Shown: positions 24,301 to 36,780 of the stretch, piece by piece
How the letters are laid out: each line of letters opens with the position of its first letter
Numbering within the stretch: the first letter of the stretch is position 1
DNA from: Azolla caroliniana
Taxonomy: Eukaryota; Plantae; Polypodiophyta
Direction of reading: 5' to 3'
Length of the DNA: 64,000 bases
NCBI GenBank assembly: GCA_043228905.1
Contig: JBHGNT010000007.1
Span: forward strand, 21,018,001 to 21,082,000
Notes under the pieces: model-generated
Database searches by the model: none
What the model was told of the DNA's origin: nothing
The model's input: the letters and a program-made list of their open reading frames with translations, nothing else
Translations under genes and position numbers: made by a program

Positions 24301-27300
24301 GTAAGCAAAACCGGTCCTCCTTCCGAATAAGACCACCGATGAGACGTAATGCACCACAGGAGTTTGTGCATACTGATGTGTGTCAGGATTGCATTACTTC
24401 GTGACGTTCATAGATGACCACAGCCGGAAGCTATGGGCCACACCATTGAAGACGAAGGATCAAGTACTGTCCGTCTTCAAAGAGCTCCACACGAGAGTGG
24501 AAAGAGAAACCGGCCGAAAGCTGAAGGCGGTTCGAGCAGATAACGGAGCAGAATATTGGGGGCAGTTCGAGGAGTACTGTCGCTCGAAAGGAATCCGGCT
24601 CGAATTTACCGTGCCGAAGATGCCAAAACTAACGGCCTGGCCGAGAGGATAAACCAGACCATAATGGAGAGGGTCCGGAGTATGTTGGCGCATGCAAAAT
24701 TACCCAAGAAGTTTTGGGCTGAGGCACTGTTGACGGTGACATATGTGATAAATAGATCACCCTCAGTACCCTTGGACGGAGATACGCCACAGAGAGTCTG
24801 GACCGGTAAGGAAGTGTCCTACCGACATCTTAAGGTATTCGGGTGTCTTGCGTATGTGCATGTAGCTAAGGACCGGAGAGGAAAACTAGATCCGAAGACT
24901 CGGCCATGCATATTCCTCGGTTACGGCGACGATGAGTTTGGCTACCGAGTGTGGGACCTGGTCGAAAAGAAGGTATTCCGGAGTCGAGATATTATCTTCA
25001 TGGAGGACAAGACGCTCGCCGATTGGGAGTCGGAGAAGAAGATAATGAACTCCGAGTCGACTGGTAAGGATCGATTCTACGGTGAGCAGACCCAACCGGC
25101 AAGAGACTGGTTATGGTGAGGATACCGAACCGGCAGAAGAAGAAGTAGAGGAAGTTGAAACCGGAACCGGCCAAGACCCCGAATCGGATTCGGATGAACA
25201 GCAAATGGAGGAGCCGGTTATCGAAGCCCAGAGACGAAGATAACCTCTTAGAGAGAGAAGGCCCCCCCGGAGATTTCCGGATGTAGAGCATGTGCTGCTA
25301 ACCGATGAGGGGGAGCTAGAAAGCTTCGAAGAAGCGAAGGATGACACCCACAACCGAAAATGGTTAAGTGCCATGCAGGATGAGATGGATTCCCTGCATG
25401 ACAACCATATGTACGAATTGGTGGAGTTGCCGAAAGGAAAGCGGGCACTCCGAAACAAGTGGGTGTACAAGTTGAAACCGGTAGATGCCGGCAACCCCCC
25501 GAGATACAAAGCCAAGATTGTGGTGAAGGGGTTCCAGCAGAAGAAGGGCATCGACTTCGACGAGATATTTTCCCCGGTAGTAAAGATGACCTCCATCCGG
25601 ACGGTGCTGAGTATAACGGTCAATGAAGCAATTGTGGTTGTCACAGGAGAAGTACGTGACAAAGGTGCTTCAACGATTCAACATGTCAGATGCGAAACCG
25701 GTCGGATCGACACTTCCCGCAAACTGCAGGTTATCTGGTAAGCAAAGCCCGAAGACGAAAGCAGAGAAGGCTGATATGATGAAGGTTCCATATGCCTCTG
25801 CCATGGGGAGCTTGATGTACGCAATGGTGTGTACCCGACCGGATATAGGATACGCAGTCGGAGTGGTCAGCTGGTTTATGAGCAATCCCGGCAAGGAGCA
25901 CTGGAACGCTGTCAAATGGATACTCCGGTACTTGAAGAGCACTTCGGATATGTGTCTCTGATTCGGCTCCGGTAAAGCTGAACTCGACGGTTACACTAAT
26001 TCGGACATGTCGGCTGATGTGGATACCAGCCGGTCTACATCCGGGTACGTAATGACATATGCAGGGGGAGCTGTTTCGTGGCAGTCGAGGCTAGAGAAGA
26101 TGGTTGCGTTGTCAACCATGGAGGCGGAGTACATGGCGGCTGTGGAAGCCGGCAAGGAAATATTAAGGATGAAGGACTTCATCGGAGAGCTCGGTATCCG
26201 GCAAGATGAATACCGGCTCTATTGTGACAGTCAAAGTGCCATCCACCTTGCTAAGAATGCGGCATACCATTCCCGGATGAAGCATATCCAACGAAGGTAT
26301 CACTGGATTCAGGAAAGAGTAGACGACCAGGAGTTCGCGCTGACGAAGATCCACACGGCCGAGAACGGGTCAGATATGTTGACCAAAGTACTGATACCCG
26401 ACAAGTTGGATGCATGGTGGAAGCGGATCGGACTAGTAAGACATCCCATGCCGGAGTGAAGGGGGAGTTTGTTAGGAAACAAGTCCCTCCGGATGGGAGG
26501 TGAGAACCGTATGTGGAGTACCCAGAAATGGAAGACCCGGTGAGAACCGGATGACGAGTACTCAGCAAGAGCCGGATGGTGAAGACCCGGTGAGAACCGG
26601 ATGACGAGTGCCCGACAAGAGTTGGATGGTGAAAACCGGTGAGAACCGGATGACAAGTACCTGGCAACGGAAGACCCGGTGAGAAGCGGATGACGAGTGC
26701 CCGGCAAGAACCGGATGATGCAGGCCCGGTGAGGAGTGCTCACCGGATGAAGGGACATATTCGTAAATATGTTTCTGAGAGTCCATCGGGGCTATATTTG
26801 TAAATAGCTGAAAAGTCATATTAGTATCAATATGACTTAGGGAAAACTTAGTGTGTAGTTTAGTTTTCATTCTTGTTGGCGTAAGATTAGAGTGTGTAAC
26901 AATGTACAGAGAGAGTGAGATAGAGGAAGAGGTCGTTGCCTCTGTTGTAACCGCCGCCTGTGGCGAAGATAGCAAGCTCGAGGTCGTGGCCTCGGTGCTT
27001 TTCTATTGTACATTCTGATATAGTGATAGTTTGCGGTCTGTGGGCTGCCGTGGTTTTTCCCAAGTTTGGGTTTTCCACGTAAACATCTTGTGTACTCTTG
27101 TCTCTATTGTGTTGTGCTTTCATTCCCTGTTTTCTGTGTTTTATTCTAGGCTCAGTTGTGGCCGAGCGTTGTTCATCGGAGCGTGTAGTTCCTGTCACAT
27201 CAGCTTCCCCCTTTGTCCGTCGTGGCTCAAAGGGACTTCTCCGACATGCACGATTGGGTGAGGAGTGTCGTCTCCGGTTTCAACAACTCTAGGTTGTTCC

Positions 27301-28937
27301 GGTTTCTCCACCAAAGAGAACCACTCTTTGTGGTTTGTCAAGTGATTCGACGCACAGGAATCAACATACCACACTTCCTCCAACTTGGAAGTGCTCTTCT
27401 TCATCGAGTTAGCCTCATGTTTCATCACCAAGGCTGGCCCTTTACCGACTTGTCAGGTTTTGGATCCTCATGATCCTTCTGCATAGTGCGAGTATTGCCA
27501 GTTCTCTCTACCGGCCTTGCCGGATCCGGATCTGTCCGAATCGGCGCGCTTCTTCCAGCACTCACTTTCTCTATGGTCTTTTTTCCCAAAATACCAGCAT
27601 TCTGTGTCGGCCTTTGCTTGCCGGCCTCCGGCGCCGCCTTGATTTCCCCTTGCTCGTGGAAGTCACGGAACGGTTGTCGGCACGTTATCTCTGCCTTCTT
27701 TCCTGCTCTTGCTGGCCGGCTCCAGTACATGCCTACCCACCTCGTCCCCCACGCCCACGGGGCCTATCCGCCTACGTGTACAACATCCGGCTATCTGATT
27801 GAGTGGTCCTGGACCCACTCACGTGGTTTTCTTCGACCAGCAGCATCGATTGCAAGTCGAAGAAGGTCGGTGGTTTCTCTCGGGTGCAGATCGTTGTCCG
27901 GATTGGTCGTACCTTTGCACTAGACCACCAAGGCAGATTTTGTACCATTTCATCTTCGTCCACCCTCACGTTGATGGACCCAAGCGCATCGCAAATCTCC
28001 TTTATTTTGGTGGTGTAGTCCGTAACTGATATATCTCTTTGTCAGATGTTGTTTAGCTCTTGCCGGAGCTGCAACTTACGGGTTGTGGTACTTGCGGCCA
28101 AAATCTTAGGCAGATTTTCCCAGGCCTCCTTTGGCGTCTTTGCATCCCTGATGTAGCTGAGCATCTGGTCCTGCACACAGGACGTGAGGTAGTATAATAC
28201 TCGACTCGCTCCTTGCTCCCATACTGGGAAGTCTTTTTGTCCACGCTTTGGTGCTACCTCATTCGTTCCTTCCACGAAGCTCCAATACCCATGCCCAGTA
28301 GGTACTGGTGCATTTTGTATGACCAGGACGCGTAGTTGCTCCGGTTGAGTTTCTCTGTAGGAAGTGAACTCGCCATACCTCTATCCATATTTTTTATTTG
28401 TGTACTGTTCTATTCTCACAACCTGTAGGGTTTGTCTTGCAAAAGCAAATGTCGGTTACGGAGGTCTTCAACCCTCACACTCTAATACTATGCGAAAGTG
28501 TATGTGTGGAAGCGTAAGACAACAGCTTGGCTGCGTAGCAGTAAAGAGAGAGAGAGAGAGAGAATAGTACACAGAATACAAAGAGTACTCGGGAGAGATA
28601 GAGAGAACAGAACGTTTAAATCTACTACAAAACAACAATAGTTCTCTACACATGAAATGTGCTCAACAACACTATTTATACAAGTCCTGAGAGGACTAAC
28701 AGAAGTACCGCGTACTTCAATGCTCACTCGAGCGTAGGGCAATGACTACGAGACTATTAACTCCCTAGTAGTCTAGCTGCTACTAGGCTTCCAGTTACTG
28801 ATGGATCCGGCTAATCGGCACCCCAGCTTACCAGTTCACTTGTTCACCGGGTCACCAATCCGGCTCATCCTTCCGGATGCTGATCTGACTCAGGCTTATT
28901 CAGCCGATCCGGATCCGGTTGAGCTTGCCGCTCACCA
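18128..28937 (-). mobile_element. Full-length degenerate Ty1/Copia element (5' LTR 28491-28937, 3' LTR 18128-18574), TSD CTCAA
   Basis: CTCAA at 18123-18127 and 28938-28942. Decayed tRNA-iMet PBS at ~28480-28490; PPT at 18575-18586. Contains gag (27772-28350), PR (WYVDSCASNH), INT (20691-21773), RT (LLYVDD) and RH (19073-19522). Multiple frameshifts. Confidence 0.95.
22224..27197 (+). mobile_element. Nested Tnt1-like Copia element (LTRs 22224-22852 and 26470-27197) with the RT core deleted
   Basis: TSD CATTA/CATCA. PBS TGGTATCAGAGC at 22856-22867; PPT GAAGGGGGAG before 26470. Gag-PR-INT-RT-RH remnants at 22883-26459. The host reading GKLM|NVLHV rejoins across the insertion. Confidence 0.95.
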
Positions 28938-29099
28938 CTCAAGAACCTTAATTTTTCTTATTTGTTAATCTACGTAAGCCTAAACTTCTGTAATCCCAAT
29001 CTTGGTATAGATTGTAATTTTATTTTCTTTGCTAGTAATAATTACCAAACTTCCTTATTTCGGTTTATTCTTAATACATAAATGCACGAATCTGGTATC

Positions 29100-31835
29100 C
29101 TCTGGTCAAAGGCCCTGGGGTCCTTCCTCAAGTTCACATGTCTTTGTTGTTTTTTTTCTCGACAATTTTTTTTGTCAAATGTTTATAACATCTATACCCT
29201 TTTTGCTCCTCTGAATATCCCAGAAAAACACATTTTTCAACTTTTGGATCAAGCTTACTTCTTACTTCCACAGGTACATGAACATAAGAAATGCATCCAA
29301 ACACTTTTAAGTGTCCTAAACTAGGTTTCCTACCATAGAAACATTCTTCTAGAGTTACTACATGTACTCCAGATGTTATGCATCTATTTAGAATATAGTT
29401 TGCTATATTTACAACCTCAGCCTAATAATACAATGCCATATTTTTTTTCAGTCATCAAAGCTCTTGCTATGTTTACCAAAGTTTCATTTTCCCCCTCAAC
29501 CACTCCATTTTGCTGTGGAGTATATATACATGTAAACTGCCTCCTTATTCCTTGATTGCATAGAAAATCAAAGAATTCATCTCCTCCATCAGACCTTAAA
29601 CATTTTATTGTAGTTCCAACCTACTTTTCTACCATGCATCTTACGAAAGCAATCAAATACTTCACTCTTCTCTTTCATGAAGTAAACCCATGTTTTCCTT
29701 GAACAATCATCAATGAATGTTACATAAAACTTGCCGCCACCAATTGAGGCATATTTTGTTGGTCCCCATACATATGTATGTACCAAATCCAACAAATTTT
29801 TGCTTATATGTCCTTCATGAGGGAAAGGCAGCTTGCTTTGCTTTCCATATTGACATGCTTCACATATTTCACTCATCTCATAGTCTTTCAACTTTGGAAA
29901 TCCAGCCACTACATTTTTCCTCAACATATTTTTCAAGGTTTGCATACCTATGTATCTGATTCATTTATGCCACATTTCTACATCTGAGATTACATTCATT
30001 CCTCATGCAAACATGGATGTAATCTTTTTAGGCATATCCACATCTAAAACAAATATTCTTCTTTGACGTTTTCCTTTGCAATCAGCTTTCCATGTTTCTC
30101 TATAAAGCATTCACTTTGCTTAAACTTCACTTGCATTCCTTGCTCTACTATGTGTCCAACAGAAATCGGATTTTTTGCAAGGTCTAGAACATGCATAACA
30201 TTCAACATATACTTTGTTTTCCCTTTTTCTTCCCATAATGGGATATCTCCAACATGCTCGATTGTGTGAGTAGTATTATCACTTGTCTGTACATAACCAG
30301 GAATCTCTGATTCTCTTAGACTTTCAAACCAGTTTGCATGTCCGGTCATATGATTAGATGCCCTAGAATATACATGCCACATATAATCTTCAGTTCATCT
30401 CTGTGAACATTCAACCATTGTTGTTGTTTCATGTTGCATCACAAAAGCAGGTCCTTCTTTATCACCGTTTTCACTAGGTTAAGCATGGTTATTCTGTTGT
30501 CTCTTCCCTCTTTTTTCATCATTTTGCTTTTTATAGCATTAAGCCTGTGTATGGCTTGGTTTTCCACAATATCAACAACCATCATCACTCAAATAAGTTT
30601 GCTTACCTCTACCTCGATTGCTCCCCCTGCCTCTGATGTTGTTTCATCCACTTATAACTTGTTGTCCTCTTCCTTGATCATTAGTATTGGTTCTAGTTGA
30701 ACCAAATCTTCCATGGCCTTTTCCTCAGCCTCTTCCAACACTATTGTAGAGAGTTTGCCCCTCAGTCTCGGAGTTTCCTGTGTTTATATCTTCAATTTGA
30801 TTTGTTTCTTCCACTACAAGCATTGAAACCAGACCTGCAAAGCTTGGGATGCTATCCCTTGTGAGAATGGATGTTTTGAAGCTTTTGTATTGAGGTCCTA
30901 AACCCCTTAAGCATACTTCTACCTTATCATTATCTTTTACCTTCACATTAATAGAAGCAAGTGATTCACATATGCTCTTTATTTTAAGAGCATACTCATT
31001 GACTAACATCTTACCTTTTTCCAAAGTATTTAGTTCAGTCTTCAATAGAAGTTTTCTTGCATTTGTATTTACTTCAAACACTTTCACCAAGATATCCCAA
31101 GCTTCTTTTGGAAGTAGAGAATCTTGTATATGTCTAAGCATCGAATCTGAGATGCTAAGTGACAGCCAATGTAATACTTTTCTTGCCCCTTGATTCCAAC
31201 CTTTAAATGTTTTGATTTGTGCAGTAGTTGCATTTTCTTCAAGGATCTTTGGAGCCTCTTCTAGGTTTCCTTCAATGTACTCCCAATAACCTTTTTCCAT
31301 CAGGAAATTTGTCATTCTGAATTTCCACGTAGGGAAATTGTTTTTATCCAGTTTCTCTATAACTATTTGGCTTCCATTTTCAGCAGCCATCTCTCTTTCA
31401 ATTTAGGGCTTTAGCTACGATTAACTTCAATAAGAACCTCTCTGATTTAGATAAGAAAATGGAGAAATTCTCTCAGATCTGTACTGTTCTTCTTTACCAA
31501 CAACTCAGCTTTGATACCATGTTACGAAGGCACAATGGCTCTTCTTCGTGCAACAGTAGATACGTGATGTTCAAGAGAGAAAGGAAAGGGGGAAAGGAAC
31601 TCACCTCTTTAGCAGCCCAAAAAAGTTTTGTTTCATTTCATAGAGAAAAAACCTCTGTGGTCTGTTTTCTTACTTCTCTTCTTCTCTTTCCTACTTACAT
31701 AAGTGACTTACATATTCAACTAATTAGCTGTGAGTAGCTAATTAACTGTGGGTAGCTAAATAGGTGTGAATGGCTAAATAACTATTTACCTATATGTCTA
31801 GTAGTAGCTAATTTCCAAATAGCTATTATAGAATA
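29100..31835 (-). mobile_element. 3'-truncated, AT-rich Copia element (5' LTR from 31520, gag, PR, INT)
   Basis: PBS complement GCTTTGATACCA at 31508-31519 abuts TGTT. Gag 30725-31390 (KLDKNNFPTWKFRM), PR 30044-30382, INT 29589-29945 (CEACQYGKQ, FIDDCSRK). The outer LTR end is uncertain. Confidence 0.85.
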
Positions 31836-31859
31836 TCTTAGTTACCAAGGGAAGATGGT

Positions 31860-32090
31860 GAAATATCCTTCATAGAGGATACAAAGGAAGAGATTAAAAA
31901 AGTTAAAGAGGAAGTTAAAAATGACACGGAGTTAGCTAAAACGGGCTGGGTAGACGTGGTAAAACGAAACATTAAAAAGGAAATAGAAGATAAAAATATT
32001 GTTAACACTACCCTTTAGGAAGAGAAAATGTGTTAGGCTCGACACTTAAATGTACATGTCACTGGACTCAAGGAAGGTGCATCTCTCAAC
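31860..32090 (+). mobile_element. Possible LINE ORF1 remnant
   Basis: Reads EEIKKVKEEVK...GWVDVVKRN...EEKMC*ARHLNVHVTGLKEG: a coiled coil followed by an RRxNxxxxGLxE-like ORF1 motif, with stops. Confidence 0.4.
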
Positions 32091-32579
32091 GTTGATTATC
32101 GAATAGGACACCCTGAAGCTATCCACATGATTAACTCCTTCCGGGTGGCCGCATGTCCTATTGGCACGGACAATAGCTTCTTATACTTTGAGCTAAAATG
32201 CAATATCTCCAACGCCACCAACTCTAGTCAACTAAGCCATCACACCTCAATACATTTCACACACGAGCTCTCCAACATGTCTCCTCTCTTGATTCTTCCT
32301 TGCCTTTAGAAAACCTTGTTGGGAAATAGGTCCCTCTGGATGGGATCTGGATGTCAACATGTCGAGTCGGAATACGGGATGAAGGAAGAAACCGGACCGG
32401 TTGGATACGGAAGGGTATCCGGATGTCGGATCGGATGGATACGGAAGGAGTCCGGCAGGATCCGGTATGAACCAACAAATAATGTTCCGACGTGACTGTT
32501 TAGATCATACTTGTAAATAGCCTCAAATTTATACAAGTATAAATATAACTAGGGCATTACTGTTTCATGTGTGGTTGTA

Positions 32580-35338
32580 TCTTTCAATCTCATAATACAT
32601 ATCAATTGAGTTTACATATATCTTTCTAACACTCTCATCATCTTCTTTCAAATACATTTCTAACTCTTCTTTAGTATTTGCAAAAGAAATTTCTTCAATG
32701 TGCTCTTCCATTTCAAGTACTCCATTATCCTTCAATGCCTGTTGAAAAAATTAACATTCTTTTTCAAGTTCCTCTTGCCTTCATACATCCTACTCACACA
32801 TATAGCACCACTTTCAAAAACATGAAATGACTTATTCATATGTCGTAATGCCTTACGTGAGGTTCTTTTAATAATGACTTCTTGCATCTGTTGAACTTAT
32901 CATTGAGGTTGATGAAAGTTGAGAGTCAACAACGATATTGTTTGACTCGTTGCTCACCACTTCATATGCTACCTTTGGATTTGTCTCTTTAACCTGCTCA
33001 TTAATTTGCTTCTTTCTTCGCACAATATCAATTATTTCATCATGAAATTCCTTTTTTGCAATACCTAATACTTCTCTTAGTGTAAATTCTATTCGATTGT
33101 CTAGTATTCTTGTTTCTAAAACTTTCTTTGAATCTGTATCTTTTTTAATATCAGACAGTAATTTCAATGAAGGACCAAATTTACCTTTTTCAACTTTTGT
33201 GTCCATCTCTTTTCTTTTGCTTTCTCTTGTTTCATGCTTTTTTGTTGAGCCAATCTCATCATCTGACCTTTTCCTTTTTTCTTCCACTATCACCTCATGC
33301 TCTTGGTGTTCTGCCATCTGAGCATAGACTGTCATAACATCTACTAGAACATCCTATCCAATGTTTTTCCTTACAAAATCTCCGGCAACATGAAGGTCTT
33401 CCATCTTCATCTTTTGCTTTTGTGTCGTACTTACAACCTTCTTCCAGAATGATGATCGGGATGGCATGTCATTGAGGCGTATTCTTGCCATTGCCGAGTA
33501 GTACATTGCGGAAGCCTTCTTTGCTTCAGCTTCTTCAAGAAAAGACTCACTCTTAGTTCCGATCATTTCGCATGGTTGATGCACCATTTCGTGTGATGGT
33601 TCTCGACCATGTCTTTGAACTTCGATGTTTTGATCAAGCCGATTCATGATTCCCACATGTGGTATTTGTAGCATTACACCATTCCTTTGCATTCTTTTCA
33701 TAAATTTATTACAAGCATTTGTTACCTCATTCCAATCTGCCGTTATACCATCCTCGGTATTTGGCCTTTCATGCATAAATTCCAATTCTTTTCTATATCT
33801 CTTGTTAACTTCCTGCAAAAATAAAGCAACCTTTTGCCAACACAAAGAATTTCTTTCTTCTGGCTTTAAGTGTCCATACATCCTATCAAACTCTTTTTTT
33901 GTGTTAGCCACAGATAACCCTTTATCTTCTTTTAAGATCCATTCATGAAATGAACGCATAGTAACACGAGAGAAATCCTCACGAGCATATTCGGACACAA
34001 GTGCTTCTTTGAATGCATTCCAATCCAAACTATGCAATGTTTGTATTTCATGAATTCTATCTCTTAATTCCATGTCCACTAATTTATAAAAGTTTGTTAT
34101 CATATTGACATCATTTATACCAAACATTTCCATTTCATCATAATATATATATATTCACATACTTCGAAATATTTGTGCCATCAAACATACCAATCTTTAC
34201 TCGGACTTCTCGTAAGGCATGAAATAATCGATCTTGATTCAACTTTTCAATAAACAACCTTACTAGATCCATTGTACTCGTACTTACCATGTTGATGTTG
34301 ATGTTTACTTTAGATGTCTCTTCTACTTCCCCATTTCACATTAGGTTCATCAAATTGTGGCGTGGCGTGGCTCGCCTAGAAGCGTAGCGTAGACAGAAGA
34401 CAACGTGAAAGTGAGTAAGGAATCGTTGGGATTTTGGACGGAAGAGATGAAGTGAATAGAGATCGAAAGGATATGGTAAGGTAGGAATTTTAAGAAATAT
34501 GAGATATGGCAAGATAAGATATAAAATGATATTTGAGAAAATGTAGGAAATTCATAATCATTATCATGAAAGAGTTACAAAATAGATGCGAGCATCGTTG
34601 GACCTTCGATTTTCGTCTCACAAAGTAACCGCTCTTCCCTTCCTTGATAGTAGACCATAATCTTCACTTCAAGAATATTTCGACGAGGATAAGACTTGAA
34701 CCTCCACCCTTCCATTGCGAGTTGTGGACCACGACCGCCAAGCTAGTTCTCCTCTAGTCTTTTAAGGATCCCTCTCTCTCCCTCTTTGTCTGTTATGATC
34801 TCTTATAATTCTCTCTTGATCCAATATAATTTGATTCAATCTCCTCTTTTTATAGCAAAGGGATAGTCTTGCATGTGGTCCATGTGGCGCACATGCAGAT
34901 AGGCTCTTGCATGTGTGTTATATGGTGCACATGTAATACATTACAATGTTTACACTATTTAATAAAATTCAAATAGTACAACACTTAGGTTCTTTTAACA
35001 TGTTGTGAGTATTGGCTAAATGGTAGTGATTGAGGCTTTCAAAGTTGAGGTTGTGGGTTTGAGTCCTCTCTAGCGCATGTAATACAATTCTTTGTCATTG
35101 TATATAATATACTATAATATAGTTTATATATCATGAATGTTGGCTAATTGGTAATATGTGAGGCTCATAAGGTGGAGGTTGTTAGTTCAAGACCTCTCTT
35201 GTCCTCATAATATAGTGTTTTACTTTATTCACCTATATAATGTATAATATTATAAAACACTATCAAGATTCTTTATATTTTAGTTATGTATCTATCTTAT
35301 TGTAGACTTTTGATGTAAAACTTTCATACTTCACGACA
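32580..35338 (-). mobile_element. Old Phygy-like Gypsy remnant (5' LTR ~34356-35338 plus gag), inside a Copia LTR
   Basis: ORFs 33354-34133 and 32868-33335 are homologous to gag 40629-42200 (TLREVLGIAKKEFHD vs SLRELLEIAKKEFHD). Decayed Trp-type PBS TGATGAACCTAATGTGA; LTR start TGTCGTG at 35338. Confidence 0.82.
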
Positions 35339-36499
35339 CCGGTTAGTGAAGAGATAGAGCTCGAGGTCGTTGCCTCTTAGTCTCTCATTGTACCTTTCTT
35401 CTCATAATGATATTTGGAGCCTATGGGCTCCCATGGTTTTTCCCATTTAGGGTTTTCCACGTTAACATCTTCTGTCTATCTTATTTATATTTCCTGGTTT
35501 TCTTCCATTGAGTGTTTAAAACTCGGTTGTGGCTGAGCACCATTCCTCACAAACTGGTATCAGAGCGTGGAAGATCCATTTGGCGGCATGTTCAAGCTCA
35601 CCGGATCCAACTACCGAGTGTGGAATTCAATGATGAGGGATATATTGGTGGTCAAAGATATCTGGCTACCAGTATAATTTGGAGACAAAAGACAGGACAA
35701 GATCGATGCCACTACCTAGGAAGTAATGCACATGAAAACGATGACATACATTCGATGCTTCATCGACATGAGCCTGTACAACAACTTCAGTGAAGAAAGT
35801 AAGGCTTGGGTCTCTCCCGGATAGTTGGGAGACACTAGTTGTCACTTTGGGCAACGCTGTGCTGCAAGGAAAACAGTTGTCAATGGCAAGGGTAAAATCA
35901 AGCTTGTTGGATGAAGAAGCTTGCTGGAAGGACCTGGAGTTCGGAACTGAACCGAAGGCCTTGGTTACGGAAGATGACCATACCTGGGGAAGAGGCTGGA
36001 ATTTGAGGCCCCAAAACCAAGACAAATTGGGGACGAGGTCGAAGTCAAGGGGGAGGCCTGTTGCCGATTAGGAACACGGTCCGTGGTCAGTCCTTCTACC
36101 TAGACCTCCAAGTGGGTGTGGAACAACGAATATGCGTCTAAGCGTAATGCGTAGGGGAATGTTCCCTGTAATCTATCAGCGTATAAGGGAGACGGCTACA
36201 ACGAAATCCTTAGCAAAGGTTACACTTACGTTCTTACACGCTTAGGTCTTCAAGATACACACATTGGATTAGCCGTAGCTACACACAGAGAATCAGAGAA
36301 GATAGAATTCTATTATGAGACGTTTCTTACATTCCCAAAATTACACGCTCCCTCTATCAGAGGTTTTTGGCCCTTTATATACGCAGGGTCTATTTAGCCG
36401 TTCACGCTTCCTGCATGAACCGTTACATGCGTTATGATCTTATATTATTTCTTATTCCTACGCTTTTGTCCGTCAGTTACTATTCCGGCGGACAACACC

Positions 36500-36516
36500 T
36501 GGCACGCCTGTGGGAC
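36500..36516 (+). other. Inverted PBS / tRNA-Arg-like 3' end at the PPT position of the Athila-like element
   Basis: TGGCACGCCTGTGGGAC lies 2 nt inside the 3' LTR and is the exact reverse complement of 5479-5495. Confidence 0.88.
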
Positions 36517-36780
36517 AGTGCCCTAGCACATCGGACCCATCCTGTTAATCCTCTTCCAAAATGGCCTGGATGTTTGGCTCTATTGCGGTGTCCGCGTCTG
36601 ACGGTGACGTAGGGCCAGTAGGTGCATCGTGGTGTGGCTCCCCTGTTTGGTCGGGCTGGTTTCCCCCGGAGTCGCAGTCGCCGTGTGTGGGCGGTTCGGG
36701 TACGGTGGGCTCTTCTTGAGCTAGTGGGTTGGGCTCCGCCATTGTCGTGCTTGCAGTCGATTGCGGCTCTGCCTCCATTG

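Noticed and set aside
31720-31830. TAGCTA-rich patch in a Copia LTR as a relative of the Sola satellite
   Set aside because: Only short degenerate matches, with no full 14-bp palindrome or TIR.
34990-35210. Calling the tRNA-like cassettes true tRNA genes
   Set aside because: Acceptor and anticodon stems do not close properly, and they lie within LTRs.
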